Source of the DNA: Hyphomicrobiaceae bacterium
Lineage (GTDB): Bacteria > Pseudomonadota > Alphaproteobacteria > Rhizobiales > Hyphomicrobiaceae
Direction of reading: 5' to 3'
DNA length: 64,000 nucleotides
Assembly (NCBI GenBank): GCA_035573335.1
Contig: DATMZT010000058.1
Coordinates: 6,299 to 70,298 of the forward strand
In this document: positions 30,428 to 37,780 of the stretch, piece after piece
Numbering within the stretch: the first letter of the stretch is position 1
Layout of the letters: the number at the start of each line of letters is the position of its first letter
Notes under the pieces: model-generated
Databases searched by the model: none
Told to the model about the DNA's origin: nothing
Seen by the model: the letters and a program-made list of their open reading frames with translations, nothing else
Translations under genes and position numbers: made by a program

Positions 30428-30655
30428 ATGACTCGCACCGACATGATTGCAATCCGACGCCGGTTGAGGGACGTCAACATCGAGTACAGTGGCTTGGTGA
30501 GAAACAAACTCGGCGAAAGCCGCTTCGTGCGCATGGAAGAGCTGAGGGCCGAGCGCGAGACCCTGGTCGGCCTTATCGTCCAAAACGAGAAAAGCGGACT
30601 GCTCCCGGTGAGCAGCGTGATCGCGCCGGAAACATCGCGCCACGCGGCTCACTGA
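30428..30655 (+). CDS. small hypothetical protein (75 aa)
   Basis: ATG at 30428 after GAGGGAAGGTGG. Moderately high GC3. Predicted helical/coiled (MTRTDMIAIRRRLRDVNIEYSGLVRNKLGESRFVRMEELRAERETL). Confidence 0.5.
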   Translation: MTRTDMIAIRRRLRDVNIEYSGLVRNKLGESRFVRMEELRAERETLVGLIVQNEKSGLLPVSSVIAPETSRHAAH

Positions 30656-30671
30656 AAAAAGCGACATGAAC

Positions 30672-30700
30672 CGCGCCCGGCCAGGGCTCAGCCGGGCGCG
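30672..30700. terminator. hairpin between convergent genes (possible bidirectional terminator)
   Basis: CGCGCCCGGC-cagggctca-GCCGGGCGCG, a 10-bp stem. An A-run precedes it on the plus strand, which is a T-run for the minus-strand transcript. Confidence 0.45.
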
Positions 30701-30753
30701 CGATTGTCCCCATCGGGGGGACCCCATGGCCGGGCCTACCGCGGCGTTCGTGG

Positions 30754-31503
30754 TTAGAGCAGGCCTTGCAGCTCGCCCAACTCTTTGGCGTTGAGGTCAG
30801 ACACGGCCCAGAAGGTGATGCCGCCAGCGGTCCAGGTGACCGTATTGTAGCCCTGCAGCAGCGACGGGACCGGGGTCTTCGGGTTCTGTCCGTCCGCGGG
30901 CCACATGAAGACGTTGATGAGGTGGCGGCGGCGTTTATAGACCAGGGTCGCAGTCCGCCGATTGTCGATAAAATCGAGGCGGCCTCCGATCAGAGGAAAG
31001 CCTTCGGCCGTCAGGTCCTTGACGGTCGGGGCAAACTCGATGCGACCGTTGAACCAGGGTTTGACGGTATGGCTTTCCGAGGAGGCAATCTGCACGGTGC
31101 TGTCCTGCAGCAATGAGCGCACGTGGGCAGCGACGACGTCGCGCTCCAAGCGGCGCCGCTCGAAGTTAGATTGGGCCAGATGCCAGCCCACGAGGCCCGA
31201 CAGACCACAGACGAGGAGCAGCGTGGCGGCTTGTTGCGCGAAGCCGCGCCAATTGAAGCGTCGATTGTCGTTGGCCGAGTGCGCCTCGGTCGCGAGCCGG
31301 GCGAGCACCTTGCCGGCAAGGTCGGCCGGTGCGGGCATCCGGGCAACCGTACGCAGCTTATCGCCGATGCGGCGATAATCACGCGCGACCTCCCCACACA
31401 GCGAACAGCCGGCGATGTGCGCTCTCGCAGCCTGCTGCTGCTCGACGCCAACTTCGTCGTCGAGAAGGGCGCTCAGGACATCGTGCGCCTCTCTACATTG
31501 CAT
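30754..31503 (-). CDS. anti-sigma factor (zf-HC2 N-terminus, one TM helix, periplasmic domain)
   Basis: MQCREAHDVLSALLDDEV...HIAGCSLCGE zinc-finger anti-sigma motif. TM helix AATLLLVCGLSGLVGW. Overlaps the upstream ECF sigma gene by 11 nt. Confidence 0.85.
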   Translation of the reverse strand: MQCREAHDVLSALLDDEVGVEQQQAARAHIAGCSLCGEVARDYRRIGDKLRTVARMPAPADLAGKVLARLATEAHSANDNRRFNWRGFAQQAATLLLVCGLSGLVGWHLAQSNFERRRLERDVVAAHVRSLLQDSTVQIASSESHTVKPWFNGRIEFAPTVKDLTAEGFPLIGGRLDFIDNRRTATLVYKRRRHLINVFMWPADGQNPKTPVPSLLQGYNTVTWTAGGITFWAVSDLNAKELGELQGLL

Positions 31504-32080
31504 TGGGTTCGTCCTTGGCGACCTGCCGTGCCAAGCGATCGCGAAGCTCCGCGCGGGCCCGTGACAGCCTTGACATCACCGTGCCAACCGGTGCTTCGAT
31601 CGCCTCGGCGATCTCATTATAGGTTAAACCCTCCAATTCGCGTAGAACGATCACTTCGCGATAATCGACGGAAAGCGCCGCTAGGGCAGACAGCAGCCGT
31701 TGCTTCTCTTCGGCCGCCACCAGCATGCTTTCGGCGGAGGGTTCCGCCGACACCGCTTCACTCAGGACCTCCTTGTCCCTGTGCTTGAGATCTTCACTGA
31801 AGAAAATCACGTTTGCGGTCCGTTTTCGATTTTGCAAGGCCCGATAGGCAACGTTGCGAACGATGGCGAGCAGCCATGGCTTCGCCGCGGCGCCGCGGAA
31901 GCCGGAGAAAGCCCGGAAAGCGCGCATATAGGCGTCCTGGACAACATCCTCTGCTTCCTCGCGGCTGCGCATGATCCAGTAGGCCAAGTTGAACGCCGCC
32001 GGCAAGTGTGGCGTCACCAGTTCTTCAAATGGCGTCTTTGCGACCATTCCCGTTCTCAGCAACCCCGGGGCATGGTGCAT
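31493..32080 (-). CDS. RNA polymerase sigma-70 factor, ECF subfamily
   Basis: Region 2 is REEAEDVVQDAYMRAFRAF. Region 4 is YREVIVLRELEGLTYNEIAEAIEAPVGTVMSRLSRAR. An alternative start is the ATG at 32047 (MVAKTPFEEL). Confidence 0.88.
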   Translation of the reverse strand: MHHAPGLLRTGMVAKTPFEELVTPHLPAAFNLAYWIMRSREEAEDVVQDAYMRAFRAFSGFRGAAAKPWLLAIVRNVAYRALQNRKRTANVIFFSEDLKHRDKEVLSEAVSAEPSAESMLVAAEEKQRLLSALAALSVDYREVIVLRELEGLTYNEIAEAIEAPVGTVMSRLSRARAELRDRLARQVAKDEPNAM

Positions 32081-32102
32081 TTATACTTAGATCCTGACGT
32101 CG

Positions 32103-32116
32103 GGGAATTTATTCCC
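32103..32116. promoter_or_regulatory. perfect palindrome GGGAAT-TT-ATTCCC in the divergent promoter region of the ECF sigma operon
   Basis: Read directly. It lies 23 nt upstream of the ATG at 32080 in an AT-rich stretch. Function is unknown. Confidence 0.25.
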
Positions 32117-32340
32117 GATGCGAGGCAAAAATAAATTTCCGATCCGGCGCCGGTCTTGGGAATGCGCCGTCGTTACAGGGAGTCTCGGGTGTCAGGGCCC
32201 AGCAACGACAAGCACAACCTGGGGCGCGGGGTCCTGGCCGATGCCGCCTTGAGCCCAAACCGGTGAGCGCGAACGGACTGTTAGGCCGAGTACGTGAGCG
32301 GAGCCTTGCGGGTACCGGAGATTTTGTGACGAGAGGTTTG

Positions 32341-32604
32341 ATGATTGCTGCCGTCAGTGCACTTCTTATTTGCGGTGCCGGTTGCGTGACGCTGCCGGTG
32401 CACGCGTTCGCCTCTGACACGGGCGCCAGCGAACCGTGGTGTGGACAGGATCAGTCCGTCACGGCTTGCCGTTTGAGCGAGCGGGAGGTTGAGGTGAGCC
32501 TTGCGACCCTTGCCGCCCTACGACATCTCGCCGGCGCCAAGCCCTTGAGCCAAGCCCAAACGTCGTCAGGGCGTCAGGGGTCCATTGGGGGCAACTGCCC
32601 GTGA
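32341..32604 (+). CDS. small putative exported protein (87 aa), divergent from the ECF sigma operon
   Basis: ATG at 32341 after GAGAGG. N-terminus MIAAVSALLICGAGCVTLPVHAFA is signal-peptide-like. Moderate GC3. Confidence 0.4.
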   Translation: MIAAVSALLICGAGCVTLPVHAFASDTGASEPWCGQDQSVTACRLSEREVEVSLATLAALRHLAGAKPLSQAQTSSGRQGSIGGNCP

Positions 32605-32879
32605 CTAACGGGATCGCAAGGTGCCTCAGGCAGCGCCTGCCGAGCGATCCGATGCAACAAGTCGACCTGTTGGCGTTGGAGGATCTCATGCTGCGAAAAA
32701 ATGCAAACCCGATCAGCCTCGGCCGAGCCCTTGAGACGACGTCGATCCTCGTGGTCCTGCTCTGCCTGCTCGGTCTTCTGATCCACGCCACTTTGGCAAA
32801 CACAACGGTCGTGGTGGCGGCGCCGCCGCCGGGCGCCGAACCCGTCGGTTCTGTGGGCGGCGGTGCGCCAGCGCCGTGA
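32601..32879 (+). CDS. small putative membrane protein (92 aa), translationally coupled to the preceding ORF
   Basis: GTG overlaps the upstream TGA (GTGA). High GC3. One TM helix, ILVVLLCLLGLLIHATL. Confidence 0.35.
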   Translation: MTNGIARCLRQRLPSDPMQQVDLLALEDLMLRKNANPISLGRALETTSILVVLLCLLGLLIHATLANTTVVVAAPPPGAEPVGSVGGGAPAP

Positions 32880-33097
32880 GGCCTGTCCTGAGGGGCGGCG
32901 CCGCCTGCCGCCGCGCGCCCTGCAAGCGCGTACCCAGGCCTCATCCCGGCTTGCCGAGTGGAGAGGGGGGATTGCCCCGATGCCTCTTGAGCCGACGAGG
33001 TCGGTCATGGGCCGTCCCAGGCTTGTCCAAGCTCCGGTGCGATCAGTACCATGGGATAACGGCGGCGCATTGAGGCGAGCCGCAGCAGGAGAGCAGG

Positions 33098-34006
33098 ATG
33101 GCCGACACCTTGCATAAGCCCGATGCGCCCCAGCGCAGCATCGGCGTCATTGGTCTCGGCCTTATGGGCGGGGCCATGGCCAGCAATCTCGTGGCCGGCG
33201 GCTGGCGCGTCATCGGCTTCGATATTGAGGCCAAGGCGATGGCGGCCGCCAGGCAGAAGGGGGTCGAGGTGGTCGACGATGCGGCCGCCGTTGCCGCCGC
33301 AGCGTCAGACATCATCACCTCTCTCCCGAGCGCGCGGGCTGCCATCGCAACGGCCGAGACGATCGCCGCAGCGTCGCCCGCTCCCCTGGTCGTCCTGGAA
33401 ATGAGCACGCTGTCGCTCGAAGATAAGGAGGCGTTTGCCGCGGTGCTGACGGCCAAGGGTCACACTGCGCTGGACTGCCCGTTGTCCGGGACTGGCGCAC
33501 AGGCCCAAGCCAAGGACCTCGTCGTCTATGCCAGTGGCAGCAGCACCGAGATCGAGCGCCTGGGTCCGCTGTTCCTCGGTCTTGGTCGCAAGTACTTCAA
33601 TCTCGGTGCTTACGGTAACGCCACCAAGATGAAGTTTGTCGCCAATCTGTTGGTTGCGATTCACAACGTTGCCAGCGCCGAGGCCATGGTGCTTGGGATG
33701 AAAGCCGGGCTGGCGCCGCAGCAGATCGTGGAGGTGATTGCGGCAGGGGCGGGAACGTCGCGCGTGTTTGAGTTGCGCGCGCCATTGATGGCGGACAACC
33801 GCTACGAGCCCGCCAGCATGCGCTGCTCGATTTGGCAAAAAGACATGGCCGTAATCGGCGCCTTCGCCGCTAACCTCGGCTGCCCGACACCCCTGTTCAG
33901 CGCCACCGAGCCCATCTATCGCTCGGGCCTTGAGCGCGGACACGGCGCCCACGACACGGCCTCCGTGTGCGCCGTGCTGGAGGACATGGCCGGGATCAAG
34001 CGCTGA
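33098..34006 (+). CDS. NAD(P)-dependent oxidoreductase, 3-hydroxyisobutyrate dehydrogenase (HIBADH) family
   Basis: SD GGAGAG. IGVIGLGLMGGAMASNL dinucleotide-binding motif and a 6PGDH-like NAD-binding fold. 302 aa. Confidence 0.88.
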   Translation: MADTLHKPDAPQRSIGVIGLGLMGGAMASNLVAGGWRVIGFDIEAKAMAAARQKGVEVVDDAAAVAAAASDIITSLPSARAAIATAETIAAASPAPLVVLEMSTLSLEDKEAFAAVLTAKGHTALDCPLSGTGAQAQAKDLVVYASGSSTEIERLGPLFLGLGRKYFNLGAYGNATKMKFVANLLVAIHNVASAEAMVLGMKAGLAPQQIVEVIAAGAGTSRVFELRAPLMADNRYEPASMRCSIWQKDMAVIGAFAANLGCPTPLFSATEPIYRSGLERGHGAHDTASVCAVLEDMAGIKR

Positions 34007-34027
34007 TCAGCGTGCGCGGCGCCCCAC

Positions 34028-34657
34028 TCAAGCCTCCGCCAGCCGGGCGCGCACGGCATAGCGCACCAAGGCCGCCGATGAGGAAAGATCGAGCCGGTGC
34101 ATGATGTGGGCGCGATGCGTCTCCACGGTCTTGAGGCCGATGCCGAGAATTTTGGCGATCTGTTTGGTTTGATAGCCCTCGGCGATCAGCTGCACGATGC
34201 AGCGCTGGCGGTTGGTAATGATGGAGCCCTCATCGGGCGTCGCCAGCAGCGCCTCGAGCAGGAGCAGGGAGACTTTGCTGGTAAAGAACGGCTGATGGCC
34301 GGCAAGCGCTGTCAGGGCAGCGATCAGGTCATGGCTCGGATCCGATTTGAACAGGTAGCCGCGCACGCCGGCCTTCAGTGCCTGCTCGATCAGGACCTCG
34401 TTGTCATGCAGGGTGAACATCAAAAACTCGGTTTCGGGTCGCAACGCGCGGACACGGCGCACGACCTCCAAACCGGTGATGCGGGGCAACAAGTACTCGA
34501 GCAGGATGACATCGGGCTCGGTTTCGGCGGCCATGACTACGGCATCTTCGCCGTCGCCGGCTTCGCCGACCACCTTCAGGCCCGGGTGAGCACGAAGAAT
34601 CCTGCGAATCCCGAGCCGGACTAAGTATTGATCGTCGACAATAAGTATGCGTGCCAT
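34028..34657 (-). CDS. LuxR/FixJ (NarL)-family response regulator with Glu in place of the phospho-acceptor Asp (orphan)
   Basis: Receiver domain (ILIVDDQ ... PDVILLEYLLPRITGLE ... LMFT ... YLFK) plus C-terminal LuxR HTH (ITNRQRCIVQLIAEGYQTKQIAKILGIGLKTVETHRAHIMHRL). In NarL the aligned segment is PDLILLDLNMPGMNGLE. Confidence 0.88.
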   Translation of the reverse strand: MARILIVDDQYLVRLGIRRILRAHPGLKVVGEAGDGEDAVVMAAETEPDVILLEYLLPRITGLEVVRRVRALRPETEFLMFTLHDNEVLIEQALKAGVRGYLFKSDPSHDLIAALTALAGHQPFFTSKVSLLLLEALLATPDEGSIITNRQRCIVQLIAEGYQTKQIAKILGIGLKTVETHRAHIMHRLDLSSSAALVRYAVRARLAEA

Positions 34658-34883
34658 GACACGCGCTGATCTCTCGCCCCCTTTCGTTTCTGCTCAGGCA
34701 TTCTTGCCTCCCTTTGCGGCCAATTGACATCGAGGGAAACCCCGATAAGGGCGCGCGCTCACCCTTTGCCGTGGGGCTGCCCTAGCTCCGGTTCATCTGT
34801 CGTCGGCATATCCCCGGGCCGGCCGCCGATCTTTTGCGCCAGCCCGCCGAGGCTCTCCCGCCTCGGGCAATGGCGTGAGCCAG

Positions 34884-35132
34884 CTACCAGCGCCAGCCGC
34901 AAACGCGACGGCCGCGGCTCCACCAGCACCGCCGGCGTCGCCGCCGACGCGGCCCGACCACAACGACTTGCGCCTTTTCGACGGGACCTGGTCCCGACGT
35001 CGATGTCGTGGGGGCAAAGCCGGCGGGCGTGGCCGCGTGCGTTGTTGTTGCAACCAAGAGGCTTGTGCTGCCGGCGACGGCGACCCCACCCAGTATGGCT
35101 GCGAGGACGCTCCGGCGGTCGAGTTCGAGCAT
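34884..35132 (-). CDS. small exported peptide with poly-Arg / Trp / Cys-rich C-terminus (82 aa)
   Basis: ATG at 35132 lies 9 nt after AAGGAGAG. The signal MLELDRRSVLAAILGGVAVAGSTSLLVATTTHA has a twin-Arg. The mature tail is ...VVVVGPRRRRRRRCWWSRGRRVCGWRW. GC3 is about 78% by eye. Confidence 0.6.
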   Translation of the reverse strand: MLELDRRSVLAAILGGVAVAGSTSLLVATTTHAATPAGFAPTTSTSGPGPVEKAQVVVVGPRRRRRRRCWWSRGRRVCGWRW

Positions 35133-35138
35133 GGCTTC

Positions 35139-35186
35139 ACTCTCCTTGAATGTGGCCTTGAACTTGGCCTTGAATTTGGCACCACA
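35139..35186. repeat. about four tandem 12-nt units (NTTGGCCTTGAA, two well conserved) overlapping the SD/5' region of the small peptide gene
   Basis: actctccttgaa tgtggccttgaa cttggccttgaa tttggcaccaca, read directly. Confidence 0.8.
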
Positions 35187-35628
35187 CTGGCTCGCGGGGG
35201 CGCCGGTCTTGCCAGGGCGATGCCAGGAGGGTGTGCGCAGGGTGATCGCGTTTGTACATGCATGAGAACCCTGAATGTCGCGGGCTGTCGTCCGCCGACG
35301 GTTGCGTGGGGCGTGCGCGGTCGGTGCTTGGTTCGTGCGCGGCCGAGCGCACTGGGGAGGCGTTAAGGCTTGTGGGTGCAAGGCAACGCGCCGCAGCATC
35401 GTGCCGGGTGGGGCTTGGCGGATGCTGAGGGAACCACAGCAAACACGGCGCAAAAGTGGTGTACGGGCCAAAAAGCATCTTGGCTTTGATGCCGAGGACC
35501 GCTTAGAATCGAAAGCCCAAATGTTTGAGTCGTTTTGTCTTCATCGCGCTTTTTCACCTTTTTTGCGCGTCGTCAGTCACCCGCGGTGCCGGTCAGAGAT
35601 TTCCCCTCACGATTTGAGGTCTGGGTCT

Positions 35629-36423
35629 GTGCGGAAGCTGAACGCTTTGGCCAGCGCCTTTGGGCTGCTGGGGATGCAACACGCACTGGCTGCCGACGAG
35701 GCCGCGCCGGAGGCGGTCCATCGGCCGCAATGGAGCGTGCTCGTCTCGTTTTCTCCAACCTATACCAACAATGCCCAGTTCAGGCGCGACGATCGGCGGC
35801 GCGACGTTTACGCAGAACCCGACGTGCTGCTGCGCCTGGATGGAAAACTGACGTCGGATATTTCCTATCGCCTCTACGGGCGCTCATCCTTCGACACCTT
35901 TGCGCAAGAACAGATTGGAAACGAAACCTTTGCGCTGCTCGGCGCACGCCTGACAAGGAACATCTTGGATTGGCGAACCAGTGTCAGCTACGAGCACCGG
36001 TTCGAATTCGCCGGCGTCTACCAGGATCTCCTATTCATCGCCGACGACGTGCAGATTTCTACGATGCGCGACTTCAGCTACGGGCCATTTACCATTTCTC
36101 CGACCGCGCAATTGTCCTACCGGTTTGCCGACGTCCCCGAGGCGCGACGCTATCGGCTCGATCTGCTGCTGCCCTTTGAAGCCAGGATTACGTCGCGCTG
36201 GTCCCTGGTCTCAACGCCGTTCGTGGAGGCCTATTGGTTTACGGACGGCCTCAATGAGGGACGGCAGGACATTATTTACTCTACCTCGCTCGGCTTGCGG
36301 TACAGTATTGCCAACAACATTTCGCTGACGACCAGCGCCAGCTATGAATGGCGCACGTCGAACGTGCCGCTCAGGCACTATCGCGATCTCGAAATAGGTC
36401 CGAGACTTGACATGGCCTTCTAG
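35629..36423 (+). CDS. putative outer-membrane beta-barrel protein (uncharacterised family)
   Basis: GTG at 35629 lies 8 nt after GAGG. Signal (M)RKLNALASAFGLLGMQHALA. Alternating-hydrophobicity strands rich in Y/R/S/T. The C-terminal ...EIGPRLDMAF ends in Phe, as in typical OMPs. 264 aa. Confidence 0.65.
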   Translation: MRKLNALASAFGLLGMQHALAADEAAPEAVHRPQWSVLVSFSPTYTNNAQFRRDDRRRDVYAEPDVLLRLDGKLTSDISYRLYGRSSFDTFAQEQIGNETFALLGARLTRNILDWRTSVSYEHRFEFAGVYQDLLFIADDVQISTMRDFSYGPFTISPTAQLSYRFADVPEARRYRLDLLLPFEARITSRWSLVSTPFVEAYWFTDGLNEGRQDIIYSTSLGLRYSIANNISLTTSASYEWRTSNVPLRHYRDLEIGPRLDMAF

Positions 36424-36440
36424 TGTTCTCGGAGACGAGC

Positions 36441-36653
36441 ATGAAGCCAATCATGATCGCAGCAGCCATGGCGGCCGGGTTGTTGGGCGGCGCGGCCTCA
36501 CCTTCGCTGGCGCAACGGAGCGAAGCGGGCGACCGCGGCCTGCGGCTGGAAAATAATGCCCTGCGCACGGATGTGCGGCGAGAACGGCTAAAAAAGCCGA
36601 GCGCGGCGGCAAAGGCAAAGCGCCGGCCAAAGCTGAGCGACCGCAAGGAGTAA
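36441..36653 (+). CDS. small basic secreted protein (70 aa)
   Basis: ATG at 36441 after GGAGACGAGC, 17 nt after the OMP stop. Signal MKPIMIAAAMAAGLLGGAASPSLA. The mature part is Arg/Lys-rich. Confidence 0.5.
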   Translation: MKPIMIAAAMAAGLLGGAASPSLAQRSEAGDRGLRLENNALRTDVRRERLKKPSAAAKAKRRPKLSDRKE

Positions 36654-37108
36654 GGTCGCGCGGCGCCTGCACGCCCCCAAGCGTTGCCAGGTGTGCGCCC
36701 GTGTGCGCCGGTCTTGGCGTAGATGGCTGTTGGACTGAGTTTGCTGGGGTTGCTCGCCGACGCCACCACACTGCCGTGAGCTCGCGGCGCAGAGGCCCTC
36801 GATCATGACGCGGCAAACCTTGACTTTCCGCCGCGGCTGGAACAGGCGCGCGGGGCGATCGATCGACAACATGCGGTGGTTTTCGGGGGCGATGATGAAC
36901 ACGATCGCGCCGGCAAAATCGCGCGCAGCGGCACAAGCGCGCGCCAGACGTGGTCGCAGGCTTTTGCGTTCGTCAAAACCAATGGCCTCGCGGTCGCGGA
37001 CCTCTGCGCGCGCGGTGAGCGCGATTGCCTTCGGCTTCATCGCCAAGCTGGCGGTCGCATCGCCGGTTGCGAGGCGACCGATTGAAGTCCGCGACCGCAA
37101 GGCTCCGA

Positions 37109-37438
37109 TTATTTCTTTAGAAGCTCGGGGTTCTCATAGATATTGCCGACGACTTCAAGCTGTCGCGCGATGTCGGCAGAGCTGTAGAGGGCGCGCAGCG
37201 CGTCCTCGCATTTGACCAGACCACCATTGCTTCCCTTGAGAATGTCGCCCTCATAGATGTCCCGGCCGTTCTTATCCTGAAGCCCCGTATATTCCATCAG
37301 AACAACGTCAGCCTCCTTATTGGCGCGGTTGATCGCATAAAGGGGCATACCGGCTACGCTTTCCCAGGCGATGAAGCGCGGGTCATAGTTCATCTGACGG
37401 TTAACCGATTCCCAGGCCCTGAATTTAATGTCTCGCAT
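37109..37438 (-). CDS. YopX-family phage protein (isolated prophage remnant)
   Basis: MRDIKFRAWESVNRQM ... EYTGLQDKNGRDIYEGDIL ... LEVVGNIYENPELLKK is the characteristic YopX pattern. Local GC is clearly lower than the surroundings. No SD. Confidence 0.85.
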   Translation of the reverse strand: MRDIKFRAWESVNRQMNYDPRFIAWESVAGMPLYAINRANKEADVVLMEYTGLQDKNGRDIYEGDILKGSNGGLVKCEDALRALYSSADIARQLEVVGNIYENPELLKK

Positions 37439-37780
37439 ATTTACGCAGCCGATAAAGGCGCACAGATCCCTTCGACGACGCCCCCGCTATTTGTCGTTGA
37501 TTTTTGTCCTGTAGATTTCGCATCTTATCGGGAACGCGTCATCTTACAACCAACGACACCGCGTTGCGTCAGACGAATTCCAGCTTTTCATAGGCCGCCC
37601 AAGCGCGGCGCGCGCCGCCCGCGCTCAGCCTCAAGACCCGGTCCCACCGCGCCGGTGAATTTGGCGTTGGCAGGGGGTATGGATCAAGCCGCCAGGCCGA
37701 AGGCTGGGCGGAAAATGCCCTACGAACGCGGCAACGAGCCGGCTAGCAACAGGCGGCGGCTTTGGCGCCCGTGTTCTTAT

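Noticed and set aside
32081-32140. Canonical ECF autoregulated promoter (GGAAC-N16/17-CGTT/CGTC) upstream of the sigma gene
   Set aside because: GGAAT and CGTC elements are present but spaced only about 11 nt apart. No arrangement fits the consensus, so no promoter was called.
36588-37100. 170-aa minus ORF immediately downstream of YopX
   Set aside because: GC3 is coding-like for about 85 codons, but no family was recognised. The start is ambiguous (TTG 37100 or ATG 37040), and its 3' third is merely antisense to the small basic-protein gene. It is mentioned under the YopX finding instead of being called.
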